A DNA stretch of 64,000 nt from NCBI GenBank assembly GCA_964304625.1, contig OZ199840.1, positions 10,115,220-10,179,219 on the forward strand. The letters are read 5' to 3'. A model generated the notes under the pieces. The model searched no databases, was not told the origin of the DNA, and saw only the letters and a list, made by a program, of their open reading frames with translations. The position numbers were made by a program, and so were the translations under genes. This document shows, piece by piece, positions 13,960-27,299 of the stretch; the stretch's first letter is position 1, and each line of letters starts with the position of its first letter. The stretch comes from Kudoa neothunni. Its lineage: Eukaryota > Animalia > Cnidaria.

Positions 13960-16900
13960 CTAATTAAAAACAATGCTTATGGATAGATCAGTTGGGAAGA
14001 TGGTGGATTTGATAGACTGGATTTGTTTGTTGTCACTCTTAACTAATTTATTGTGTAGATTGAGGATATCATGATTTTTTGCGTCAATAAGTGATAGGAA
14101 AATCGCAGGGATAAGGATATCATTGTGATAATCATCGGAAATCATATGAATCACCAAATCATTGGACCTATTAAAGATTAGATATTGGAATAAAAACAAA
14201 CTAAAAAATTACGGTTGGTTGTTAAGAATGTAGGCTGCGATGCCACCAGAGCGTTGGATATTTCTCGCCTACGTCATATCGACATCGTAGTATTATGCGT
14301 AAAATTTGAATAAACATATAAATACCTTGACAACAAAGTTGCAATTTCCTCTGATAGCAACGACGATCTTACCAGAGAGTTCATGGGAGTTGGTGAGTTT
14401 GGAGCAGGCATCGAAGGGCTCGGCTTTCGAGAGATAACCTTCCAACTAAATGCAGATAACAGTCAACAAATTACAAGAAAATGAGTTTTTACCGAGGCGA
14501 AGTACTTGCTGATGGACCTGCCGAAAAATGCAACTCCAACTTGAACGATGAATTCAGCACCGCCGATGGTAGCGGATGGCAGTTTAACAAACGAAGGTTT
14601 TTCTGAGATTTTAACGTAAACATCATTAAACATCTTCAAATATATCAACAAAAATACCCATATCCATTTTTTTGGATTTGTAATTGAGAAGTTTATGATG
14701 TATATCATAAACATCACCCGTGTTATTCAAAAATTCATTATATTCTCGCTAGAATATTGATTAAAATATAAAAAATGAAACCAACAGAAATTATTACATT
14801 TAAATCAAAATTAAGTGTGAAAATCTGAGTATTTTTATCTTTATGATGTGCGATATTATTTTGTGACAAAATTTTGTTGTGGGATTGATTTTTCTCATCA
14901 AAAAAGTAGAATTGAAATTCGGAAAATGCATTTGCTGATATGTGCGTGTCATTTTCAATCTTTTGGAGCACTTTATCTCTATCCTCTTGCAGATTGGGAA
15001 TGTTACAATAGTAAAAATCGTTAGAGCAGGAAAATAGGATATTATTTTGCCAATTTAAAGAATAAATTCTAGGTTTCTAAATCAATCAAATAATTATTTA
15101 ATTTCAAGAGTTGTATGATGTAATTTAGGGAAGAGAATGATGGATATTTTCATATTTAATACCATATTTCCTGCCCGCAAAAATTATTCACATACATCTA
15201 CATTGATGATTGGTAGCAAATGTGCTTCAGTATTGAACACATAATCATCCAAATTGATAGGAATCTCATTCTCATCATCGAGTGAGAACAGTAGATACGC
15301 ATATTTTAAAAGTTCTGACAGAAAAAAAGTTTCCGTTCTAGAAAAATAACATCAATTACAGCCAAGAAATAAATTTCATTAATTCGCTTACCGGTCCAGT
15401 TTAGTTCCTCGAATGCTGCTTAACGTCGAATAACCACATTTACTTCGACAATAATTTTCAATAGAGTATAACACAAATTTTCCGACATTCAAAAAAAATG
15501 GGTCCTTAGTAACCTAACATATCGGATTATTCTCTGAAAGTAATTTCAATAGAAAGAATATCGTACTCTGTAGAGATAAAAATTGCTCTCCATTAACTCA
15601 GGACGTAGATTGAAGTTGGAATTGGTAGGACGCAAATCACTCAGTTGAAATGACTACAAAAGTGTGATTAATCCAAGAACAACCAACCGTAATTACTTCA
15701 GGAAGTAAAACATGGGATGTTAAAACTTTGAAGAGATAGTAAAAGAAATGCAATCCATTTTTAAAATCCCCATGCATCAACTACAAAACGAAATAGAAAA
15801 ACTGATCTATTCAATTTTTAGATTGTGGAAGAAATATTTACTTGTATGGATGGCCAAAAAGCTTCAAAAGCATCAACAACAGAATCCTTAGGTGAATGGC
15901 CTCCGCCAATAGAACCATATGCGTAGTTATATTTTAGATTTTTTTCTATTGACTCGTAATTCTAAAGTGCATAATAATATATTAATTTTTTTGACAAGCT
16001 CGTTAAATAATGTTACTTGAGAAAAACGCTCATATAATGTAGCATTTCCTGTCATAATGTAACCTTTCATGAGATACTCAAAATATGAATCCACCCCAGA
16101 GCCGAGTGTTGATCCTAATCAAGTGTTTACATTAGAAAATATTCGATATGATAAATTAAAGCAATATATTATTATTACGATCATAATATTAATTTTGAGC
16201 TAAATTTTATTATATTAAATTTTACTATTTCTAGTTAACGAGCGTGATGATAGATTAGAAATAATTCAGTAAAACAAAATCTATTAAATTAACTAATATT
16301 ATCATTTCTAACTTGGAGTTATTTTGGTTAAAATATAGAGTTTCTCGATCAAAATGAGATTTTTTGCACTCAATGCGGGAATTCATTTTCTAGATAAGAT
16401 TGCCTTTAATTGAAATGAGCGCCAAGCAAAGTGGTGTGTGCTTAGTTGCCTAATAGTTGGATTCGCCACCGTCAAGTGATATTAAGGGGTTACTTTTGAG
16501 GCGACGAGGTTTTTCATATCTTCAATATTAAAATGCTATTCTTTATATTTTATAAATTCTTAATTTTAATAAGGAGTTAAACTCTGGAAAAGGTCAAAAA
16601 ATACAAAGTAAATAAACACTGGCTTAGAAAATGTAGTAAAAATCATAGAAAAAGTAATAAAAGCAATAAAATCAATAAAAGCAATAAAAGCAATAAAATC
16701 AATAAAAGCAATAAAATCAATAAAAGCAATAAAAGCAATAAAATCAATAAAATCAATAAAAGCAATAAAATCAATAAAAGCAATAAAATCAATAAAAGCA
16801 ATAAAATCAATAAAAGCAATAAAATCAATAAAATCAATAAAAGCAATAAAATCAATAAAAGCAATAAAATCAATAAAAGCAATAAAAGCAATAAAATCAA

Positions 16901-19900
16901 TAAAATCAATATCGGAAAAACATATTTTGATGTCTTCACTAAATTACAATATAACAGGCTTTTAAAAATTCAAAAGCGTGGAGAAGATAGAAAATCAAAC
17001 TTATTCTATTATTAAGAATTAAGCATTTAATCTTGGATTGACTGTAATTTTCTGTTGCGATTGAACAAAATCATTAGAGCAATACATGAAAAGTTTGAAA
17101 TTTAGGCCGGCTTTAGTGCTGTTTATAGGATAATACGGAACTTCCATTGCATGATTAAACCTACTGTCCCGATTCCTAAGATAAGCAATTGTGTATCTAC
17201 CATTGAAATGAGATTCAAATACGCCAAAGACTAGGAAATTTGAAAAGGAGGTAAAAGATAAAAATTGGATATTTATGATGAAGCTTAGCAGGGGTTGGAA
17301 AAAATTAATTGCAATTATGATAATTTTAATTAATACATTATAATGAAAATTCTTCTTTATTAAAATTTTGTTGTCTTTGAACCCATTCATCTGTGTTATA
17401 CATGTTTCAGCATCATGTCTTAAATGATACATAATTTTCAGATTTTCATGCTTGTTTAAATTATGATCTACATCCATATGTATTAACTTGCAAAACGATA
17501 TTTTATAAATAAACGATTTTTCTCTTAAACACAGAGTAAATATATTTTGATTTTTATATTTTATTTGGATCAGATGATGCATCTTAATATCTAATGCCAG
17601 ATTTACATGACCAAATTTTGAGTAATGGTAACGACTAATTCTTAAAATCTTCTAATATATAAATTAATTTTTTAATGGAATCTATATATTGACCAATTTT
17701 GATTCCAATTAATATTTTAACCAAAAATTTCTAACATAAATTGTTATTATTTCTAAGTAACTAATTGAATACGTGTTTTTATGATTGGTCCATCAATTTA
17801 TGCAATTTTAAAAGCCTTAAGCATCCTCTTTTCACATTTATAAGGCCAATATCGACAAAATATTCTCAATCGAAATCTAGATTTTTGAAACTATAATTTA
17901 AACCATCTCTTTAAATTCACATATTTGAAGTACTTTTGTTTACTCGTATCTTGATTATTATATTACGATTGTGTTATGGTATCATTTATTATTTTTCCAT
18001 GTGTTTTATCTCGATTTTATATTTAATTTTTCTATAATAGACGATAGTGTAAGACGAAATCAATTATAGCCTAGAATAATTAGGATTAACCACTTTAAAA
18101 GTAATTTACGAACGTATTTATTTTTATAACTAAAATAAGAATTATTAATCGTTTGTTACAAGCATTTTCGTGAAATAATTGGTATTAATAAGGCTTTTTA
18201 TACAATCTGGCACATTGCGTTATTTGATTAATTTAATTTTAGTAATCATAAAGTGTTTATTAGTTTTTAAGGAAAAAATATTTCTAGTTTTATGTAGAAA
18301 ATAATGATTATAACTAACTATAGTTAATCAAAATTTTCATTTCAATTTTTAATATTATAGGCTGATAGATTTGATATGTAATAATCAAGCTTCAATCATT
18401 TTTAGTCCTTTGGGTTTGACAAACTTTAATGTATTAAATAGTTTATTGATTAAAATATCTTTAAAATATTAACAATTAGTATGAAAATATACCCCTAGAA
18501 AAATTTTAAGAATTGCAATCATTTATTGTGACAGAGTACAATTAATTATTCCCAACCGCTGGAGCTTAGGTTCTCGGATATGATAAAATCTAAGAAGAGA
18601 GAGTTCAACTAAAAGTGTTTCGTCTTAACTTAGCTAAATTTGACCTATGTATAAATATTCAGGTTGAGTCTGCCGTGAATAAATATGGAATGATATATTT
18701 TAAAATTCTCAATAAGGCGACCAATGTTGAAGGGAAAAAATGTCTTGTTAAAATTAAATATGCCTTCATATCCAAGCAAATAAAAAAACGATTTATATCT
18801 CAACCGAATGCGTAGTACGCATCGGTTCATAAGGCTTACAACACAATTTATTTATTTAAAATCGAATTAATCTGCCTGCCATTGTATTATCTTTTTTTAA
18901 AATTTTCTAAAAAAATATCTTTATCAAGCAGAATCAAAAAATGAACATCATATAAACTCCAAAAGATTAATGACTCCCATTATAATAAATTCTATTAGAT
19001 CTCAAAATACATGTAAAAATGGAAACAAACAAATAATTAGTCAACAACTTTTTGATCACTTACTAATATTAGTTGTGTAATACTGAACATTGTACTCGAT
19101 GTAGAATGTAAGTCTATCTTCACTTGTGGCAAAAATTAAATAAAAAAACACTCTAATCTATAGGATCTAATAACTATTACAAAATAATATTACACTGATG
19201 TCAAAAAATCTCACACTAATAGGGAACCCCTATAAAATAGAAGATCCTAACTATTCTTCCCTATGGACCCCTAATGTGTTCGTTCAATGGACTTATCACG
19301 GATCCTATTTTGTTTTAATGCATAATCCAATCATACGTATAAATATTTTAACTGTCGTTCCCATTGTTCATTTCGATGGGAACGAAAAAACCATTTTAAA
19401 TTATTTTTTTAATAAAAATTCAAACTGAATATAATTTGAATATTAATTTAATAATAATATAGTTTAAAAAATCTCGATGGATTAGAAAAATTTGGGAACG
19501 AAAGGGTAAACTTAATTTTTTTTATCTAATATTCCAAATTAATAAAATATTTATAATATTAATTGATTTATTAATTATATTGATTTATTAATTATATTGA
19601 TTTATTAATTATATTGATTTATTAATTATATTGATTTATTAATTATATTGATTTATTAATTATATTGATTAATTAATTATGTAATGGTTTTGTTTTGAAA
19701 GATTACTTAAAATGTCGAATCACTAAGACATTCATTATTTTTTGTATTAAAACGAAAAAGTATTAATTATGAAAACTATCTCAGTAATTTTTTAGAAATT
19801 ATCAAAACTCTAACCGAGTATAGGCAGGCGATGATGCATAATATTGTAAACAAAAACTTTAACGAAATTTGTTGAATTATTATATATACATATGTAAACG

Positions 19901-22573
19901 TTTAAAAGGTAAATCTGTAAAAAAATTTGATCGAAAAACGCTTTTATAATTATCGAAATATTTTTTCTATATAAAATCTCTATTTATGTTAATTATTGTA
20001 TTTACAGCGGATGACAGTTAATTCGTAACTTTCCTTAAAACTTTATCCCCTCAGTTAAATTTATCAAATAACATGTATTATGAGTTCTTAATTAAATATT
20101 AACTAAATATAAGAGTAAGTTTTGTGTTTAATGGAATAAAATGTTTTATAACTGTGTAATAACCTATAATTCATAATTAATTCTAAATGTCCGAAAAAAG
20201 AATTCACAAATCCATAAGTCTTCACGAGAAATATGCTATAATTACATATTATGATAGTTTACCGCCCCTAAATAGAAAGACAGAAACTATTAACCATTTC
20301 AAAATCGGTTATATTTCAATTTTAAATGGCGTTTTAAAGAAATGGCTCAAATTGAACAGGCATTTGAAAGACAATTGCTTCTAGCTAAACGAAGATCAAT
20401 ACAGAAAGGAGATGACGCTGATCAACGAGTGTATGAGTTCGAAAAGAATCGAATCATCGCCCATCGAAATAATAAATAAAAGAAATGAGATTGATTCTTC
20501 TGAAAATGATTTCAAAAATGTTACCTATGGACAGTTTCGTGACTTTAAAAATAGGTTCAACTTCAAAAAAATCAGTTTCCATGTCGAAGCTGGCTAGCAC
20601 GGTACCAATAGGAATCATTACAGATTGGAACACTCAACTTTTTTAAATTCTTGAAAATTATAAGGAGGATCAAATATATTGATATATGGTGTCGATGAGA
20701 CTGCGCAGTTCTATCGATTAACACCTCGTAAACGATTCAAAAACATGGTTATTCTTGTTTCGAATAAATTGTTTTTCCGTGCATTAAATGCGAATGGAAC
20801 TCAAAAGTTCTTAATAATATTATTGCCATGACAATTATTTTGGGCGTATCAAAAGAGTTTTGTATTATTCTTTAGTTTTGATCTAAATTATGAAAATTCT
20901 TAAATCGATGAATCAATAAAAGTCAGTTTTTCATTTTATCACGCAAGCGCAAAAAAGCTATTGCGGATTAGACGTCACTAACATGTAATTCGTAATTCGT
21001 AATTTTCCCCGACCCCAAGGGGATTACGAATTAGTGGTCACCGACTGTATTAAAATAAAGAGTTAACAAAGGAGGGATTATTATATAATAGAATGTGGAG
21101 TTAATGCAACAAAAATTTTATATAAATAATTTCTTTTAAAATAATAATTAATGAGATTTTTGTAGTTGCTTTTTATCAATAGGTCCACCTAACTCTGGTA
21201 ACGTATTTGAAAGAGCGACACGCATATATAAGCGATTTCGTGACTTTGTTTCTATGGCGACCAGCATGAAAATCTATTTCCGCAATAATAAATTGTCTTA
21301 AAAGTAGTAATCATTCTAATTGCATAATCTGCAACACTAGGAAATATTTTTTAAAGATTTTTAGTTTTTATCGAATAACGTGTTTTTGTTGATTTTTTTC
21401 AAAATAAATTAACACAGTTTAGCTTTTGTGTGTTCGTTACTAAGATAACTGTTTTTAAATTGATAAAATTAAGTACAAAATAAACATGAAAACTCCAAAA
21501 ATTAAATTTTTACACTTTAGTTCTGAATATATGAATACACAAATACATGATTAACTCCAATAATTTTATTTTTAAGACTATGTTCTAAATGAGAAGAGCA
21601 AAAATTAGGTTATCACACAGCAAAAGCTTAAAATTGTGTCGAAACCCAATAAGCGGCGCCAAACTAAATAATTCATACTTTGACTGTTCCAACCACCAGA
21701 ACCACTATCCAAATATTGGTAAGGCAGGTGGTGTTCGCTTTGACTTGACAACAACCATAACTTATCAAGAGCAGCCAACGCAGCATCCTAAACAATAAAA
21801 TGATGAAGATTATTTTTGATTGATGAACAAATATCGAAAAAAAGTACACAATACGTCGAGTTACCAATCATATGACTCAGCGAACAGAATTCAATCATAT
21901 ATGAACCAACATCGGCGGTGGTAGTGGAATCATATGCTACCACAGGTTTATATCTATTAAGGTATACCTAAATAAACATAGACAGAGATAAGTTAGTTAA
22001 TTAATTAATTAATCATTAGAATGAATGTGAGGGGTGTAATACTTTTTTGTAAGGAATACCGGAAGGTGAACTTGTGAATGCAACCATTAAACGATCAGCA
22101 AGATCTTTAGCTAACGTTAGCAGTTCATCATTGTAGTTGGGGAATTTCGAATGTAGAGCTTCTATTTGGTAGATGAGGATGTGTGCCGAAAGTAAACCAC
22201 CCAAAACACGAATGTTCATTTCGAAGCCTGACACAACAATATCTTGGTTAAAGTTGAGATGAGCGATAACTAGATTCACAGCTTCGTGGAACTCATCGTA
22301 AAACCCCATTAAAGCCAACGTGTCAAGTGATTCCACCAATGTCAAACTGAAATTCCCATTAAATTCATTGTCTTTGGTCAACCCCGAAGTGTAGTAGACG
22401 GGTTTACAAGTGATTGGTGTGACTTGATCACATGTGTGACCACAGTAATTTTTGTATGATTGGAACGAGTGAAGAAACATGGACCTGGTTTTTTCCCTAT
22501 TTACAACCAGTATAAATCACACGTCATCAACATACGAACAAAAACAGTAAAATATAAGTTTATTTTTAAACAT
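13960..22573 (-). CDS. EDEM3: ER degradation-enhancing alpha-mannosidase-like 3 (GH47 + PA domain), multi-exon
   Basis: GH47 motifs [55 protein letters not shown] and FNTEAH. C-terminal PA domain [35 protein letters not shown]. Start codon is tentative. Confidence 0.85.
16656..16910. repeat. 9-bp tandem repeat AATAAAA(G/T)C, ~28 copies, intronic
   Basis: Directly visible as two alternating unit variants. Confidence 0.95.
19562..19680. repeat. 17-bp tandem repeat ATTGATTTATTAATTAT, ~7 copies
   Basis: Directly visible. Confidence 0.9.
20005..21047 (+). mobile_element. Internally deleted Tigger/pogo element inside the large EDEM3 intron
   Basis: TIRs CAGCGGATGACAGTTAATTCGTAA / CAGTCGGTGACCACTAATTCGTAA with TA flanks. 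CENP-B-type HTH start [19 protein letters not shown] and a VDET motif. Confidence 0.8.
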
Positions 22574-24718
22574 TAGGTTATATTTGAAAATAAGAATTAA
22601 TGTTTAATCAAATTTAACTGGTCGAAGCAACATACAAAAAATCTAATCACTTCAAATATTGTCGTTCATTGTGTTCCATTGGTTGGTTGAAAGATTGATA
22701 AAATTCATCAATATCCATCGCATTAATCGAACACACCAAACATACAAAAATCCATAATATCATCCTCGACTCAAAAACAACGCTAGTGGTTATTCACTAA
22801 CACTACGAATCTGCTGATGGGGTAACTCGAGTGGTTACGAAAATATTTGGGTTTCTTAAATATTCCCACACAGTCTACCAATCGAATCTATCTTTAACTG
22901 TAACCTTAAATATGTTTAGTGTAATAGTTTCACTTGTCATGCCTCACAAAAACAATATATAATACATTCTCTTTTAATTGGAGCATTAAAGATGAAAGTT
23001 AATGTGGTTTAATTAGTTCTATTAACCAGTCAAGTATATATATATATATATATAACAACTGATTAATAATTTTTGGTTTTTGGAATGCTTTAACGCAAGA
23101 ATTCTAAAATCTAATCTTATTACACTTATTTTATATCGCATTGTTCAATTCGTCTATAGTAATCTTCATATGAATTACTCATGAAAGAGCATTATGCTAG
23201 TAATACTTTGAAAATAGTTAAACACCTTCTTACACTGGATTGTTAAAACATTTTTATCTCATTAAGTTTATATCCAACCCAACTTTTCGATTCCATACAA
23301 AATATTCTAATCTCTAGAGCAGCAATCTTCAACCATTGATCCACCGGAGTCACCTAGGGGATTCGTAGCATACAAAATATAGAAATCTACAGTAGCTACC
23401 TATTTATAGATGCATGTTGTATGGGTTTTGGTGATGTTGAATTAATTTTAGGAATATTATATTTTTGTAAATAAATACATGGAAATTTTGTATAAACCAT
23501 GTTATAACATCCTACGGCGGACGTAATCGAATAAAATAAAGAGGTTTTTACATTTTCTATTTTATTTGTTTACAATTTCTTTAATATATATATATATATA
23601 TAATGTATGTATGTATGTATGTATATGTATGTATGTATGTGTGGATCTCCCTTTCCAAAAAGGTTAAAAACTACTGCTTTAAAAAGTTTAATTAAACCTT
23701 ACAATGAATTGTTATTTATGTTTTATTGTTACTCTGAAAATTTCGATATAATATTGAGAAAGGCAAGTGTCATGGATTTTTGTGTACGGTCACTATTAAG
23801 TATGTCATATCGCATTCATACGCTTGCACGGACTAAAATTAAAAAATTTTATTTTTACAGTCAACAGTGATTATAACATTATTTCTGGAATATTTTCAAA
23901 TAATAATGAAATGAATATTTTTTATTGTTTTTTGGGGGGAGGGGTTGGTGGGAACTTTTGCATAATTATTTGCCTTGTTAAATGTGAACCTTTATATTAT
24001 TATTGGATAGAAGCAGTCGATAATCGCATTGCCCACTACTAATAATTATTTCTTCGTTGGCTTATTACGGTAAGGTTTGTTAAATAATGAGCCGAAAAAT
24101 ATATTAATTAAATTTATTTTGAAAACGAAGAAAATATTTGTTAAGCATTTAAGGCAGATTTTGTTCATTTATTGTGGTTTGGGATTAAGAACCAGAATTA
24201 TCTAATATCATCTTACTAATCTGTTAATATTTTTTGTAAAAATTACTTAGATTTTAAATAAATTTTTCGTTTCTGATGATTTCATATTATTTTAAGATAC
24301 AAAATCTATATATATATTGTATTAATTTAAATGAACAATATATTTATACTCAACTGGTGGCAAATAGAAGATTATATCTATTCATCATGTAGACTCTGAA
24401 AACATCAAAGTTTCCCACAGTAAGTTGTTTGTTGATTGATTGCTTTTTGTAACATATTATATAGAGTTAAAGATCTTGTATTGGTGCTAAGCACCTGATG
24501 TAAGAATTTTTTATTTGGGACGGTAATCTCAAATAAATAAAGTAGAATACATATATATTGGAGCTCCAAGATAGGTGCGGCACCAAAGGATGCTTGCTCA
24601 AAGTTATCATCTTGCGCGGATCCTCTTTTTAATATCATACTTATCTATATAAACCCCTTAATATAAGATTCTTCACGATAATATATTATAAGAAATGGTT
24701 TTTTGTCTTTGTAACACA

Positions 24719-24840
24719 AGGTCCGGATCGGGATTCGAACCTGGATTATTTGCATTAAAGGTGGTGGTGGTGGTGGTGACATACCGCACTTCTCTTGGTC
24801 GGCATCTATGGTTGGAGAAACATAACCCTTACAATCCACA
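24719..24840 (-). other. tRNA-derived fragment (pseudo-tRNA or SINE head)
   Basis: B-box/T-loop CCAGGTTCGAATCCCG on the minus strand. No intact cloverleaf; a (CAC)n run interrupts it. Confidence 0.35.
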
Positions 24841-25199
24841 CTTTACAATCTTGACAACACAATAAAATAAAAATTACGTTTTTAATAAATAAAATTAATG
24901 AGAAACTGTAGAACAGTGGACGTAATTTACATCAACTACAACGAGAAATCCCATGACAGAATTTTGTTTTTGTATATTTTTTAAGGTTGATGCAACTATA
25001 TTTTACATTCAATATTCTATTTGCTACACATGCTAGTGAATGTGGTCACTTATCCTTCAGGAGGGAGGGGTACGCGCAAATAAATGTATTCGAACACAAG
25101 AGGTATAATTGGTTTATTTTGTAACATACCATTTTAAATATTTAATTTTGAAAACAAATATTACTTATAATATTGGAACATTATTTATAAACCGAATTT

Positions 25200-25560
25200 A
25201 ATCAAATAAGGTGTGTAGTTCTGGTTTTTCTATCACTTGGACGAACACAGAGATGTCACCATCTTTTTAAATAAGGATGAATTAATGCGTGAAATTTATA
25301 CTTGTTGCCTCCGTCAAAAATTAAAATACATATGTAATTATCTTTTACCTTTTTATTAATTTTCTCTTCTTGTAGTTGTACAAACATCGACTTCAAGAAG
25401 TCTTTTCGGCAGGTTGGGTTTTTTGCTTTCGTACAGTATAATACATGTGCATTTATTGGCATTATATCTATCAAAGTGTGGAACATGACGGTTGATCATC
25501 TTTTCGTTGTTCGATAGGTAAAGAACTAAAAAATATTCGACTAATTGTATCTATTCCCCC
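25200..25560 (-). mobile_element. piggyBac transposase C-terminal remnant
   Basis: RTTKR*STVMFHTLIDIMPINAHVLY and a degenerate Cys-rich tail KRW*HLCVRPSDRKTRTT. Confidence 0.7.
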
Positions 25561-25810
25561 TTTTGTATAATGAAATAATTTCTGGAAGTTTTTTTGGATA
25601 TTGTAAAATAGACAATAATATGTGAATAACATTTTTTTTTAAAGCACAAGATGACTCCAGTTAAGAGTTTAGGTGAAATATAATGCACCTGGGGTCCACT
25701 GAACCCAAAAAAAAACTTGGTGCATAGTCGGTTTGGCATGCTTAGAAAGTTAAACTAAAAATTGAGATATTAAGTATCTTTTGAATAATATAAAATTGTG
25801 TATATATATA

Positions 25811-26184
25811 CAGGTTGTGTACGTATAATAGATCTGATTTAGTTGGGTCAATTCGGGAATAAATCATCAAAATAGGACTCAAAAATTCCTGCAAATACTT
25901 ACTTAAGATATCATAACAACAGAAATTATTTCAATGATAGTCTTTTAAATATAAATAAACCAATACTTTAGATTTTACGCCACAAATTGTCGTAAAGTCA
26001 GCAAAAAAGGCTGATTTTGATCGTAAAATCTATATCGCACATTTTAACGCGAAAATTTAAAATTTAATAGAAATAAATACGGAAAATAATAACTAAAATT
26101 ATAGGTCTAAACATTTTCAGAATTAGGAGAAATTCGTTTACGTGGCAATAGACAGTCCCGACAACATTGGATTATACGCTAGCG
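25811..26184 (+). repeat. Dispersed Tc1/mariner-like terminal repeat, copy 1
   Basis: Starts CAGGTTGTGT after (TA)n. Homologous to the reverse complement of 35345-35740 and partly to 37760-37840 and 40290-40375. Confidence 0.65.
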
Positions 26185-26870
26185 CAGTGGTTTTCAACCG
26201 GGGATCCGCGGCAGGAGTATATATGAAAATTTTTTATCGGCATATAAATTTAAATATATGTTTCTGATATGTTCTAAGATGCCGAATATGAACAATTTTG
26301 TCCATTTTAATTAATTATTATTCTCATAACATGTACCTAAATTTAGAATAATTTTAATGATAAATATTTAAATCTTCTAATTTGTTAAAACCCCATTGAA
26401 TGCTGTTAGCAGTGCTCCAGGAATCTGAGTTCGTTTTTAAATGCAAGAGCCGAATTTCATCAAATAGTGCTGTCTTCCGGCTTTTTTCCTTTAAAATTTT
26501 TCTGCATAGCAAGCATTCTGTGATACCAGGGATCGTGTGTTCTGTCGCAATTGAAATAACAGAAAGTGAATGACCCATGTTTTCTTCCACTTATGATCAA
26601 TATCCACAAAGTTATCATTTTTGATTCAACGTTTTAATATGGAGACAAAAATATCCAAAATATTGTAGCTGTAATACGTAGTCATCAACCCCAAATATCA
26701 TATTAGTTTTTATTTATTTTGAAAATATCCCAGTTATTTTTTGGTTGGCTCGCGTGAACAGTTTATAACATTTATTTTCTTCATATGGATTTAATTTTTT
26801 AAGTGGGGACCTGCGACAAAATTTTAATCTCTTTGGAGTTCCGACGTTACAAAAAGGTTGTAAACAACTG
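26185..26870. mobile_element. Non-autonomous hAT element nested in the Tc1-like repeat
   Basis: TIRs CAGTGGTTTTCAACC / GGTTGTAAACAACTG. Partial 8-bp target duplication CGCTAGCG / CGCTAATA. Confidence 0.75.
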
Positions 26871-27299
26871 CGCTAATATGTTAATATCCATTGACTACAA
26901 AAAACTAATAAAAATCTATCAATCATAAATATTATTATAACATTTAAAACATCTATATTATTCATAAAAACAAATAAATCTAATTGCACATAGCATTCAT
27001 TTATCAATCAATCCAATGAAAATTGTCAAATATATGGAACCTTAATTTGATGTTTTAACATAAACAGTTACATCAGATAAAGTTAATTATTTAATACAAT
27101 TTTCCTAAACATTTTTTAAATAACCATCGTGACGATATTAAAAATGAATTTAACGTGAAATGATTTTATGAAATTTCTCGCCATGATTGTCTCGTACATC
27201 TCATGAATAGGTCACATTGGCATGATAAAATATATAGTAGACAAATCAAATAAAAAAAACATAAAATTAATAATATTAAAAAATATTCAGTAATACATC

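Noticed and set aside
14463-14717. Separate small gene suggested by the ORF track
   Set aside because: Exons and introns of the EDEM3 linker and PA region.
16643-16939. 98-aa poly-Leu/Ile ORF
   Set aside because: Translation of the 9-bp intronic tandem repeat.
17019-17582. 187-aa ORF inside the EDEM3 intron
   Set aside because: Low-complexity AT-driven composition with no recognisable motif, and not needed for GH47 continuity.
19562-19680. CRISPR-like repeat array
   Set aside because: Head-to-tail minisatellite without spacers, in eukaryotic context.
23580-24045. Possible non-autonomous Helitron ((TA)n(TGTA)n start, weak 3' hairpin)
   Set aside because: No clear CTAG end and no second copy in the window.
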